Positions 12,438 to 25,473 of a stretch of DNA of 64,000 nucleotides are shown here, one piece after another. The translations under genes were made by a program, and so were the position numbers. Under the pieces are notes generated by a model. The model saw only the letters and a program-made list of their open reading frames with translations. It was not told where the DNA came from and searched no databases. The stretch comes from Reclinomonas americana ATCC 50394 (lineage: Eukaryota): NCBI GenBank assembly GCA_048213135.1, contig PS015122.1, positions 1 to 64,000 of the forward strand, in the 5' to 3' direction. Position 1 is the stretch's first letter. Each line of letters starts with the position of its first letter.

Positions 12438-14666
12438 CTACCACTGTGGGTGGAGGGGGGTCAGCGGAGAAGGGGAGCGACGCCGACAAGCACGTTCAAG
12501 GAACCTGGGAATAGAGGCATCAACAGTGCACGAAAAATGTGCCGTGCCCTCGAAAATGCCCACGGATGGAATGCCTTCAGAGTCGTAGTTGAACCACTCG
12601 GTGACGGTCAGCAGATTGTTCGCGCCAAACTCGGGCACATCCACAGTAAAGTTGCGATGGACGGAGGGCCGAAGGGCGGCCGTGGCGTGCGCAGCGAGAG
12701 CTGTGGCGACGAGGGATGCACGTGAGCAAGAAGAGTTCATGCGCGGGGCGCACCGACGCCAACAAACAAACCTCGAACGCCCTCGCGCCCAGTCGGCACG
12801 TGCACAAAGAATACCTCGCGGAAGCCGAGCGCCGGCACCCACGAGCGATCCGACCGCACAACCGTGGCACCGGCGGCCGAATGCGCAAAGCCAGCAATGG
12901 CCTTGGCGCTCTGCATGTTGTCCTCGCGCACCGGCAGCACGAGATTGATGACAGCGCGCTCCGGGAAAAAGGTGGCATCCTCGGTGCAGCGCTCCACCAG
13001 GCGCGCGGCGGCCTCCGTGGCCAGTTTGTGGCCCCAGAATTTCATGTCGCACAGCGCCGTCAACCGCACCTCGTCCGTCACCGCCGCCTGCGGAGTGTGC
13101 ACCGCCAGCGGATTCTCGGAGGGATGCGCAAAGTGGCGAATGCGGAGGCACACAAAGCCGGCAATCAGCGGGAACTTGGCCTGATTGCGGCCTCCGTACA
13201 GCAGGAAGCGTGATTGCGAATCTGCGAATGGGAGGTGACGAGTGAGCGACAGGGGAGAAGCACAGAGATCTGTCTGCGAGTGGACAGACGCACCACACAG
13301 CCAGCGATGCATGCGACGAAGAATGAGGCTGAACGGGAAAGCACCGCCGTCCTCGTAGGTCATGAGATTGCGCGGATCACGGAACAGCTTGCAGAGAGCG
13401 CAGAGCGAGAACAAGGTCGGCTGCAGCTCGTAGTACACCAGACGGTCGCTCTCGCACACCACCGGCTGCGACACCTCCGCCGTCAACTGCGACAAGATCA
13501 TCTCCGCCTGGTGCACCAACTCCAGCTGCTGCTGGTGCTCGTCTTCCTTGATGTAGCTGCGGTCGACAGTCAGATGGGAGAGGAAAGGCAAAGGATAAAG
13601 GCGAACAGGGAGGAGCGCAAGATAGTATGAAGGACTCTCACTCTGTCTCTGGTGTGTTTGCGATCAACAAGAATGACACACAGCAGAGCACTCGAGAGAG
13701 GAAAGACGAGGGCCATCACTCTGTGCTCTGGTACGTGCGGTCAACAAGAATGACAATCATGCGAGAACACTCGAGAAACAGGGAGGAGTCTTTGGAGGTG
13801 CGATCAACAAGAACGACACACAGCAGAGCACTCGAGAGAGGAAAGAACCACTGGCAGTGAGCCATCACTCTGTCTCTAGAGTGCACGATATCAACAAGAA
13901 CGACACACATCAGAGCACTCGAGAGAGGAAAGACGAGGACCATCACTCTGTCTCTGATGCGCGTGAGAGAGCACAAGATCTCGAGGGCACCCCTTCTCCC
14001 TCCCGCTCCCATCCGCTATCCACCACCTTGACGGCCACCCCCCCCACCCTCTCTCTCCTCATGCCGCAGTCTCACACTCACCTCGCGCGGTACAAGAGAT
14101 TCCAGAAATCAACCTCCTCCTGCATCGCATGCCGCACCGCCTCCACCACCGCCGCCGGCGGAATATGCGACGCCGGATACAACGCCGCCGTCCAGTCATC
14201 CTCCAAGTTAGTCACAGGCAACACACCTGGCCAAAAAAAAGATGCGGATTGATTGGGGGCGCTGATACGCAAACTGTGATGATGACGAAAGTGAGGCAAA
14301 CCTTGAAGATTGTGCTCTCCGGAGCCTCCCCAGCCCAGCAGGTACCGCTGAATGCACTCTATACACATGCGCATGTGAGCTCTCTATCTCTCTCAATGTG
14401 CGAGTCGCACACTGTTTCCACATGCCTTGTTGGGAGGGCGTGACTGTACTCGGTGTTGCTGTCGTGGGATCCATGTCGGCATCCTCGAATCCGCTCATAT
14501 CCATCAGAGAGTCATGTGTGCGATGAAGAAAGGGCAGCAATGTGCTGGCACTTCCGCTGCTGTCAGCGGAGGCACTTGCTGAATTCATCGTCGCCTCCTC
14601 GGCAAATGTTTGCGGCAGTGACCCCTGGACAGTTGAACGAGCGAGCACGGTCACGGGACTGTCCAT
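12438..14666 (-). CDS. Multi-exon protein with a RimJ/RimL-type GNAT acetyltransferase domain
   Basis: FWGHKLATEAAARLVE..VREDNMQSAKAI resembles GNAT motif A (YWGKGYATEAA) and the downstream N..S motif. Start is MDSPVTV at 14666. Confidence 0.55.
13639..13990. repeat. Degenerate tandem repeat of about 78 bp (about 4.5 copies) inside a 525-nt intron
   Basis: Recurring blocks catcactctgtctct, tcaacaagaaYgacaca and gagcactcgagagaggaaaga. The intron spans 13557-14081 on the - strand. Confidence 0.85.
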
Positions 14667-15160
14667 CGGCCTAAAAACGTTACTTGCAGCGTTGGACGAG
14701 AAAAGACGTGGTGTGTATATCGAAATCGTGTGGGGCTGTGCAGCCACACGCTTTACGTGTGTGTGCGCGTAGAGGGGGGAGGGTGGGCAGAGTTCGCGCG
14801 CATAAGGCACTTTGTGTGCGCACTGCGTCTCGTAGATCGTTTTGGTACTCTTGCGTCTGCTTTCTCGCGTGCCTGTGTAATTCAAGTCTTGTGCGGGCCA
14901 GTGGTGGTGGTGGTGGTGGTAGTGATGTTCTCTATACTGCGTGCGCATCCACCTTGCGTGTCTGAGTTCTTTGCGTGTTTCTGTGTGCACATTGTTATGG
15001 CGAGTTGCAGCTCATTTTCGCTTGGCCGAGGCACACTTGCACACTCGCACCACGTGCAATTCCCACTGTCTCTCTCTCTCTCTTGTGTGTGCCTCTCCCC
15101 ACCTCCTCGTCTTCTTCTCACTTGTCGCGTTGTTGATCGCAGGAACAACGCGAACGACAC

Positions 15161-18100
15161 ATGTCACGGCAACTACCACAACAGGTGGCCGGTGGCGTGC
15201 GTCCTCGAGGCGTGTTTGCGTCGTACGGCAGCTCGGGAGTAATGTCGTCATCGTCTTCATCATCGCCGTCTTCAGCGGCTGCTGCTGCCGCTGCTGCGTC
15301 ATCCACACTGGTCGGTCATCAGCAGCCACCAACTCAGCCTGTGCCGCCGCCAGCGCTGGCCCGCAACCCAACTCCACCCTCCAACAAGGTTCGCGTCCTC
15401 ATGCCTGCCCAGGCTCCGTTTAGCTCGGTCGGCTCCAGCAGTGTGACAGGCGACGCCCCTGTTCCGCCGCCGGTACTCGGCGTGCCACCTTCGGCGTCGG
15501 CAGAGCGATGGACATCGCCGCTGGCGCGCGCACGTGAGGCAGAGAGCGTACCCACCTTCAAGTTCAAGGCCTCTATCGAACCTGCTGTGCTTCGCACCAA
15601 CGGCAGCAGCATTCAGCCGGTCTCCATTGCCCAGCAACCGCGTCGACAGTCGTTTGGAGCCGACGGCAGCGGGAGCGGCATGAATCCGCAGACCGACGCC
15701 GGCAGCAACGGGGTTGGAGTGACATTTGACCTCGATGATCCCAACAGCGCCAGTGCTCGGCGCGCCAACTCGGCCTCGCGTGCTCGTGCAGTGACTGGCG
15801 GTGTGCCGAGCAAGCGATCCACCGTGCTGACACAGCGTTCACCCGCACGGAGTCGCACTGGCCGCGTGACGCCACCCACTGCGGTAACGACCATCACCAC
15901 ACACGCGGGTATCTTGGCGAATGGTGGCTCTGGTGCAGCGACGGTGGCCGCTGGAGCACATGGGTCCGACAACCCAGCAGGTGTGCCGGCACGTTCGTCG
16001 TCTGCCGGCCGCTCAGTGTCGCCCACTCGCCCGTTGGTCACTGTGGCCACCAACTGGGGCTCCCGTGCGCCACCTCCAGAGCCGACGCATGTGGCTGGCT
16101 CCGTGCCGGCTACGTCGCCGCTGACACTGGCGTGGGTCATGGCCCAGCGACACACCACCACCGACACCGACAACGACAATGCATCGTCAACCCGGAGCGA
16201 GTCTCCGGGCGAGTTTCCGCTGGAGGCGGAGGTTCCGGATCGCATGACGCCACAAAACGGTCGGCAGTCGCGTGGAACACCAACGCAGAGTGGCACACCG
16301 ACTCGCACCACAACACCAACGCGCAACTCGACACCCACTCGCAACTCCACTCCCACACGCGGTACGCCCACCAATGAGCATGGTGGACGCCGTAACAGCG
16401 GAGGCAGTGTCACTACCAATGGCAGCAACTCGGCCTTTGCACCGACCGGCGGCAGCAGCAGCAGTTCTGCATCCAAGTCCGGCACACCGACTTCCCGACC
16501 CGTGGTCAAGTCCCAGAAGGTCAATGTGGTGTCGGCCAATCCCGAGGAGCCGCACCAGCACCAGCACCAGCAACACGGGAGCAGCAGTGGCGGTATGTGT
16601 GTGTCTGGCAACAAGTTTTCTTTCGCCGCCACCTCATTCGTTCAATGCTCTTCTCCACCTTGCAGGCGGAAGCGGTTCGACATCACCACGTTCGGCCGTG
16701 CTGTCGGCGGAGCCACAATGCGTGCAGCGCACATCACTGCACACGCTGATGCACGAGCAGCACGTGTGGGCAGCCACGTTCTCGCCCGATGGTCAGCACC
16801 TGCTGACCACGGCCATGAATCGCGTCATTCGTCTGTTCGACATCACCAATGGCAAGGCGCTGCTGGAGCTGAGCGGTCACAGTGCCGATGTCACCTGCTG
16901 CGCTTATCACCCGAAGCAACCGCGTTTCGTGACTGGCTCCGGCGACAACTCGATCATGGTGTGGGATGCGCAGACCAACACGTCGCTCGCCACCATGTTT
17001 GATCACAAGGACGGCGTGCGGTGCATTGTGTTTGAGCCCACCAACGGCTCAGTCTTTGTCACCACCTCGTGGGATGCGACGGCCCGCGTGTACGACTCGG
17101 CCACGCTCCGCTGCATCGCCGTGCTCGCCGACCACGAAGACGCGGTGTTTTCGTTTGCTTTCTCTCCCGATGGCACTCAGGCGGTGCGTCTATGTCTGTA
17201 TTCGCCACAGCTCTGGGCATCGTGCTCACATTCATGCTTCATCCCTCAGGTTTCCTCCTCCAAGGATCGCACCATTCGTGTGTGGAACATGAGCACGCAC
17301 CGATGTGAAAAGGTGCTGCGCGACTCCAACCAGGTGTGGAGTGTGGCGTACTCGCCAAACGGCAAGCAGATTGTGTCGGCGTCGCGTACCATCAAGGTGT
17401 GGGACGCAGCCTCGTACAAGCTGTTGGCCACCCTCGGTGGCCACACCGACGACGTGTCGAGCGTGGTGTTCCATCCGTCTGGCGCGCACTTTGCCACGGC
17501 ATCATGGTAATGCGTGCCTGTGTATGTCGGCGCATATGGTTGCCTCACGGCGCTCACTCTTTGTGTGTATTCACCAGGGACTGCACTGTGCGTCTGTGGG
17601 ATAGCGTCACGTTCCGTTGTTTGGCCGCGCTGCGATCACACACCGGTCCCATTTGGTGCGTCTCTGTCTGCACAGCAATAGTGGGGAGTCGCTGTGTTTC
17701 TCACCATCATCATCATCATTATCGACGCAGGAATGTGACATACAATGGCGCCGGTACTCACCTCGCTTCGGCCTCGGCCGACGGCACGGTGCGACTGTGG
17801 GAGCCGCCGTGCACCGTGTTTTCGCACAGTCTCGAACTGCATGTCGACGTGGCCACGAAGAACACGCTGTCGATGCGTCTGAAGCAGATGCCGTCGGTGC
17901 CGTGCAAGTGCGAATTGCAGCAAGTTGCGCCGCCGCCACCCCTGTGCTCGTACACATACGCATGCTTCAGTTGTCTCACTCCGTCTCCTGCACAGCTGGA
18001 TCCCTTCACGCAGCGATACACCTCGTGTGGTCCGATTGTCGCCAGCGAGAGCACACGAGTGCACGGCCTGCAGCCGCACAGCGAGTACACGTTCCGCGTG

Positions 18101-21100
18101 GTGGCCACCCACGCCTCTCTGTCGACCCTTGAGCTTGCCAGTTCGACACCGATGGTGTTGCGAACATCCGGACAGTGTGACCTGGCAGAGGTGAGCTCCG
18201 TTCTCGTCGCGTTGTCACATTCACCACCCACTTTTTCCTCACGGTCGCCAACAATCTCAGAAACGCATTCGGGAGCAGCTGGAGAGCTCACTGGGAGTGT
18301 GTGTGCTGGAGGCACCACACAGCGCGGACAAGGACTCGGCCGATGGTGGACAGTCGCTGATTGAGGCGTTGTTGAACTGGTTGTCGGCACTCCCCGTGTC
18401 CACGACGAGCAGCATGCCGCGCGCGTTGGTCGGCGACTTGCACCACACCCTCCAGCAATTGCTGCCGTACTGCAGGCCACTCAGCAGCGAGCTGACGGTC
18501 TTCAACGAGCACCTGCGCCGCGACGTGTCGCGCTTGATGCTGGTGCAACAGCAGGTGAGCAAACGTGCTACCACCTGTGATGTATGCTGCCTGCCTGTTT
18601 GACACCTTTCCCACTGTCCTTTTTCGATTGTAGATTGCTGGTTCGATTGAGCAGCGGCGCAAGTTGAACGAGAGCCTCAGGACCATCCGGGAGCAGATGC
18701 AAGTGGCACAGCAAGCCAAGGATCTCAGCCGACGACAGGAGTTGCTGCAGGACCTGCTCACCACACTCGAGCAGCACGTTCGTGTGTGCGAGGAACTGGT
18801 GCGTGTGACTCGCCAGTCGACGGTGCCAGACATTGAGGAGGCACAGCGGGCCACCAAGGGCAGCCTCCTGCAACGACACCGCGAGCAGGAGGATTTGATA
18901 CGCAAGTACCCCGAGTACCTCGATCAATGCCTCAAGTTCCTCGGCGACAAGCGACAGAACACGGAGAGTGAGATTGAGCAGCTGGAGCGCACGCTGGCGG
19001 AGAAGCGCGAGAAGCTGTCGGCCATCACCTCCATGGAGGACGAGTACAAGAACAAGAAGCAGCAGCGTAATGTGGTGCTGGAGCCGTGGACCAAGTGGAT
19101 GTCGAGTTGCGTCTCTCTCGTCAAAGCCCACACGCGCATGCGTGTTGATTCTAACGACAGCAAGCGCAGGCATGACGGTCCTCGAAATGGCGGTCGACAA
19201 TGCCTACAAGTTGCTGGCACGCAACTCGTCAGAGGCCGCGTACCAAGTGAGCACTGCTGGCAAGGAGGCGGCCGACGAGCTGCCGCGTTCCATGGAGGAA
19301 CTCATCAGAGTAATTGATGTGCGTCGAACGAGTCACATGCATCGCTCCACACACAGTGCACTCGGCTGACCACCCTCTGTTCTCCACAGACTGATATCGA
19401 GACCAGCGAGGCTCGCATGCGAGCATTCAAGCGCTTCATTGAGCACGCTGCCGAGGAGTTGCACGACTTGGAGCGTGGTTGCATGGCGGACGAGCTCCGT
19501 CAGGCGCAAGAGCGTATGCGCGACTCGCACCGCCAAGTCAGCGCACTGGAGGCGCACGTGACGCAGCAGCGAAGACGGCGTGCCGAGCTGGCTGCCCGTC
19601 TGCAGCAACTCAACTACATGTCATCGTCGGCTGCACAACCGAAGACCCACCACGCCGCCGAGCAGCCCGCACAACCGCAACCACCCCAGTCGCAGCAGCA
19701 GCCTGCGGCGCAGTCGTCTGCCCAGGCTGCCTCGCGCGCCCCGGTGCCGCCACCGTCTGTCTCACAGCCGGCGCGTGGAGCAGCTGCGCAGACAAGTGCC
19801 GTCAGCGGTAACGCTGCCGCTTCTGCTCCCGCACCTGGTCCGGCACGCAACCAGGACGCGCCGGTCGAACGCAAGTGGAACTCGCAGCCACAACCGCCAC
19901 CAGCGCCACCAGCCGCACCGCAGCAACACGTGCAAGTATCGCAGCCGGCGCCTGCGCCACCGCTGCCGCCACCGCCAGCACTGCCGAGTGCGCCGCCCCA
20001 AGCATCCTCCATGGCTGCGGTGCAGTCGTATGTCCAAGCACCGGCCGCCCCGCATCGCGATCAAGAGGCGATGGAGAACTCGGAATCCGACAGCGATGCC
20101 CTGTCGAGCGTCAGCTGCCCGGCTCCGCGGTACGATGCGCCACCAAGGCCGTCGGATGTACCGCCTCTGCCTCTTGAGGCTCTCCAAGGTTTTTTGCCCC
20201 CTGCCTCCCTTATTCGTCGACTCGCGCAAGTGCTCACTCTCACTCACTGTCATTGCAGCGGCCAAGAAGCGCCAGATCGCCTTCCAGGACCCGAATGCAC
20301 AACCGCAACAAAAGGCCAAGTTGCAGACGACGGCATCGGTTGCCGCTGCTGCCGCTGCCGCTGCTGCCTCGTCTGCCAACGCCGGCACCACGACCACCTC
20401 GGCCAATGCAGGCGAAAAGAAGCAGCCACAGTCGGTGCTGGTGAATGGTTCGACTTCTTTGCAGTCGGCGCTCGTCAACGCCTCCTCGGCAGCTGCTCGG
20501 TCGTCGTCGCCCGCAGCAGCTGCGGCGGGTGGAGCCACGTCGCCCTCACCAACATCTGCCATGATGAAGTCGGGTGCCGCTGCACCTCTTGCTGGCATTC
20601 CTGCCCCCAAGGCTGTGCGACAGGCCAGCGCCGTGGGCTCTGCGCAGGATGACGCGAAGCGAGATGTTATGCTGTCGCGCTTCTCGGACTTGCGTGAGAT
20701 CAAGAGCGGCACGTTGCGTATGGGAGAGTGGGAGAGTGGCGGAGAAAGCAGCCAACTTATCGTCCTCTCGCTGCAGTGACTACAAGTTGCTGTACGCCAA
20801 CGACAAGGTCCTCAATCGCGAAGTGATGCTGAAGCTGCGCGAGAGTGCCGATGCACGCGACAAGGAAGCGCATGCGTTGCGAGAGGTGCGGTATTGTTGT
20901 TTTCCTTGTTGCATCGTCGCCTGGTCACTTGAACTGACTGGCGTGGGAAACCGCAGCTGAGCTCCCCGTACGTGGTCAAGTTGCTGGACGTGATCAAGAC
21001 GCAAAAGATGGGCAACTTCCGCTTCGGCCTCGTGTTGGAACGCTCGCAGGGCTCACTCGATGGTACGATATCTGTCATCACCGTCTGTACCTGGCGAAGA

Positions 21101-21935
21101 GAACAAGAGTCTAATCTTCGCTCGTTGTGCACAGATGTGACTCCCGACTCACAACAGTGCTACCACTACGCACGTGGTGTGCTCGACTGCCTGCGGTTTG
21201 TGCAGGAGCGCGGCTACACACTCTCCAACGTTCGCCGCTCCATGGTTCGCTCCCTCGTGTGTTGTTGTTCTTGGTGCAATGGTGATGGCGGTGCTGAACC
21301 CGGTATTTCTCGTGTCCACAGTTTGGCAAGTACACAGACGACGAGGAGAACACGTGGGTACGCATTGCCGATGTTGGTGGACTGCAGCGACTGGGCACCG
21401 GTGTGCGCGAGTGCCTGGTGTGGCTGGCGGCGCCTGAACTGGTGCGCGCCGCCTCGGCGGGCAAGCCCGTGCAGAGCAACATCCCCATGGAGGTGTGGTC
21501 GTGGGGTCTGTTGGCTTTCGAGCTGTTTGCTGGCGAGACGCTGTATGCGCGCCAGATGAAGCTGGCGTCGTCACGCGAGATCTGCCAGTTTGTGCTAAAG
21601 ATGGAGACCGATCCGCCGTTTGACAACTGTGGACTGCCGGCGGAGGTGAGGGCACAACAAACAGCGTGTCGCTCTCTCCCTCCCTCAGTCGCCCCGACCC
21701 TTAACGCGCCTCTCTCTCTTTCTTTCTCTGCTTGCAGGTGATCCGCATGCTTAGTCGTGCACTCCGTCTCGACCCTTCGCAGCGCGCGTCGCTGTGGGAG
21801 CTGGCCGAGGACGCAGTATGGAAGCCGATTAAGAAGCGTCACGATGCTCTGTACCAAAGGTACACCATGTCACACGCATCACCGGGCACCGGCAGCAACG
21901 AGATTGATGACGGCGAACCCATGGCCTCGGAGTAG
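15161..21935 (+). CDS. Low-complexity N-terminus, WD40 propeller, FN3, coiled coil and C-terminal pseudokinase; multi-exon
   Basis: About 7 GH..WD-type repeats (GHSADVTCCAYHP, GHTDDVSSVVFHP), the FN3 motif VHGLQPHSEYTFRVVA, and kinase-fold motifs VMLK, VVKLLD, IADVG, APE, EVWSWG and LRLDPSQRAS. Confidence 0.75.
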
Positions 21936-22197
21936 ATCTAGAGAGCGCTCGCCTGGCGTCTAGCGTCGTAACTTTTCTAGTGTGTTTTTTTGTGTGTTGT
22001 TTGTTTTGCTTTTTGAGAGGAAGGAAGAACGAGAGAATGAGAACGGGCGGTTGCTCCACCCCCGTCTTTACTCGTTTCTATATGTGTGTGTTGATTCGTG
22101 AACGTTGTAAAACCCCCGTCGTCGTCGTCGTCGTCGTCGTCGTAGCAAGTGTCCGCCAAGCCTTGCAATTGTCAGTCGTCATAACAATCAAGCAAAC

Positions 22198-25100
22198 ATG
22201 GACGCCGCGACCGCCAGTCGCATCGCCAAGATGGAGATCCTCCTGCAGCTGTACAAGCAGCACAACCAGAACTTCCGCCTGCGCACACAGCTGCTGGCGG
22301 CCGAGCGCGCGACCCTCGTCGGCATCTCCGACGATGAGTCGACTGAGACACCGCCAATGCCACCGGCCTCGACGGAGGCCTTCAAGGCGGCGTTTGAGGC
22401 CAAGTTTCAAGGTGAGTCTCTCTCTCTGTCTGGTGCCTGCGTGTGTGTGAGAGTGTGTGTGTCTGAGTGATCAATGTGTTGTCGTGTAGCTGGTTTGGTG
22501 CCGGGCGTCAAGCCTCCGCGGCCAGTGAGTATCGTGTCGCGCCAGCCCATCCAGTCTGCGGAGGTGTGTGTGTGTGTGTGTGCGTGAGAGAGAGTGTGTG
22601 TGAGTGGTGATTCAACTGACGTGATGATGATGCTGGCGTGTCAGTTCCGCACCAAAGGCACCCTCAAGTCACAGTTCGAGTTCCACAATGGCTTCCGCTT
22701 CTCAACAGTGAGTGTGTGTGCATGAGTGTGCGCGCGTATGTGTGTGTGCGTTGCCCTCAATCTTCAATTCCATGTGTGTCTCACTCTCCGCTTCCTCTCT
22801 TTCTCTCTCTCTTTACGCACGCAGTTGTACGGCGACATTCTGTCGGAGCCCGTGGACGCCATTGTTGCGGTGATTACGGGACCTTCGTATTCGCTGGCCA
22901 ACTGCACCATTGCGGATCTGGTGGATCGTGTGGGCTCGAGTGTGCTGGTGCGCGTCTGTGTGTGTGTGCGTTTCTGCGCCTTTGTATCCATCTTGACTGA
23001 TGCGTGTGGCGCGCAGGCGGAGTTCATGCGCAAGTTGTCACAACAGCAGGTCACCACCGGCAGCGTGTTCCACATCTCCGGCGGCGGCCAGCTCTCGGTG
23101 CCGTACATTATCTGTGCTCTGTACGACGGGCGACATGAGGGGCTCGACATGAGCAGTGCGGTGAAGTTGACGGTGCAGCGTGTCATTGAGACCGCTGACG
23201 AGCTCGGCTGCAGCAGCATTGCGTTTGCGAACTTGCACAAGGGTGCGGATGTGTGTCTGGAGAGAGGGCATAGACGTGTGCTAGACTTTGTGAAACTCAA
23301 TAAGTTGCTGGTCTCGCAGGCTTCTTCCCTGCGCAAGCGTTCCTGCAGGCGGCGCTCCCGGTGCTGCAGCAGGCAGCGGATATGGTCGAATCCAACAGCA
23401 CTTCGGTGCAGGACTTTCGATTCGTCGAGCCGGTGCTCGCCAGTGGCGCCGAGCAGGGTCTGGTCGAGATCATCATGGTCCGGTTTGCGGACGAGGTTTG
23501 TTGAGCGCTGGTAATGGGTAACTCGGGATGCAAACAATGTCGATTCATTTTTCGTCCGTCTCCACAGCTCTCTCGCACGCCGGGGTACAAGCCGCTGGTC
23601 GGCGACATTAGCCAGATCGTGAAGCAACCGTCGGCACCGGCCAAGGCTCCCGAGGCGCCACCAGTCGACCCACGCACGTGCTACGCATCACATGTGCGTC
23701 TGGCACCGGTGCCACCCTCTCGTGCTCACGGCGGCGAAGGCAGCATTACCTTTATCGACAAGGGTGCGTATTCATTCTTGTGTGTCTTTCCTTTTTCGCT
23801 TCCCCCACTCACTCCGACTGGCAGGCGACGGCACGCAAATGGTGGCCAGAGCCACAGTCGCACAGCTGATTGAGCATCTCACACAGCACAATGCGCACTG
23901 TTGCGTCGCGCTCCTCCATTTTGTCTGTCCTCGGTGACCACGCTCACGTGTTGTGTGCAGCCATGTTCACGTTCAGCTTCCTGCTGACCTTCCGTTCGTT
24001 CATGTCGCCGGCCGAACTGGCTGACCGTCTCATCGAGGTGTTCAATCTGATGCCGCCGAGTCTGGAGCCCAAGGAGTTTGCGATGTTCAAGAAGAACACC
24101 CTCGACAGGGTCCGCCTGCGGTCAGTCGTGCATGGCCCTCTCTCGCAGTGCGACGACCACTCTCACGTGCTGCTGCCAGGGTTATCAATGTGCTGCGCAA
24201 GTGGCTGCGTGACTCGCGGCGCGACTTTGAGGATGAGTCGCTGCTGGAGCGCATTCGTGTGTTTGTGAGAGACGAAGTGGCGTTTGTGTACGGCCCGGCG
24301 GCGATGCTGACCACGCAACTGAATGGCGAACTCGACGCATTCGTCCAGTGGCGTGAGGAACAGCGCTTGTCACAACAATCCATCCTGCCCGCCATTCAAG
24401 TAATGCCGGCAAACGCCACGCTCGACGACAAGATCGCCATTGTCTGCAACGACAACATACTCGACAAGTGGGACTCGACGCAGATTGCACAGCAGGTGGG
24501 ATGCGTGCGGGAGGGAAATGGTAATGTGAAGGGAGAGTGGAGCTCTGACATCATCATCTGTGCGCAGATTACACTGTTGGTGTTTGACCTGTTCCAGCGT
24601 GTCGAATCGTACGAGTGCGTCGACCGGTACTGGAACATCGAGGGCAAGAAGCACTTGGCACCCAACATTTGCCGCGCCACGGAGCAATTCAATCGTTTCT
24701 GCAACTGGGTGTCGTCGACGATTGTCACCCAGACGGATCTCAAGAAGCGAAAGAAGTACCTGAAGACCATCATTGAGATCGCAGAGGTATGTCGTGGTGC
24801 CGCCACGCAGAGGCATGGTGTGGTGCTGATGCTCGCTCGCCGCCAGAAATGTCGCACGTACAACAACTTTGAGACGGTGGTCGCGGTGGTGGGAGCCCTC
24901 GGCTCGGCCTCTGTGCGCCGCCTGACCAAGACGTTTGAGCAGCTGTCGAGGAGTGCGCAGGCGCTGTACAACTCGCACATGCGCCTCTTCCCGGAGAACA
25001 AGAACATGAAGGCTTTGCGCGATGCGGTGCGCTCGTCGCAGGGTCCCTGCGTGCCCTACCTGGGCCGCTTCCTTACCGACATTATCCTCGCCGACGCCGG

Positions 25101-25388
25101 CAACCGCGACAAGGACGATGACCGTCGCATCAACTTCCGCAAGTGCACCATTATCGCCGAGGTCAGTGTTTCCTCTTGGGAAAGTTGCGATGCCTCCCTT
25201 CCTCCGTTGCTCACTACGCCGTCGACTTTGCGCAGGCCATTCGCGACATGCAACTGTACCAGCAGTTCCCGTACTCGTTTGCGCGCAACGAGGAGATACA
25301 GAGGCGTCTCGTGTCGCTGCCGTCGCTGAACGAGGACGAGATGTTTGAGTTGTCGCTGCGGGTCCAACCACGACAACCAAGCCGGTGA
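22198..25388 (+). CDS. RasGEF (REM + CDC25) with an N-terminal macro-like domain
   Basis: REM: ATVAQLIEHLT..FLLTFRSFMSPAEL. CDC25: QIAQQITL, FNRFCNWVSSTI, NNFETVVAVVGALGSASVRRLTKT, PCVPYLGRFLTDI, INFRK. Macro-like: LYGDILSEPVDAIV..GGGQLSVPYII..ADELGCSSIAF. Confidence 0.85.
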
Positions 25389-25473
25389 GGTCCGTGTGCT
25401 GGCGACGACGCCAGTGGCGACGGACGCACGAAAATGAAAACAAGTATCGTGGACGTGCGCGTGTCATGTTTCT

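Noticed and set aside
13639-13990. Repeat array as a CRISPR
   Set aside because: The repeats are degenerate, the intervening segments are related rather than unique spacers, there are no cas genes, and the array sits in a eukaryotic intron.
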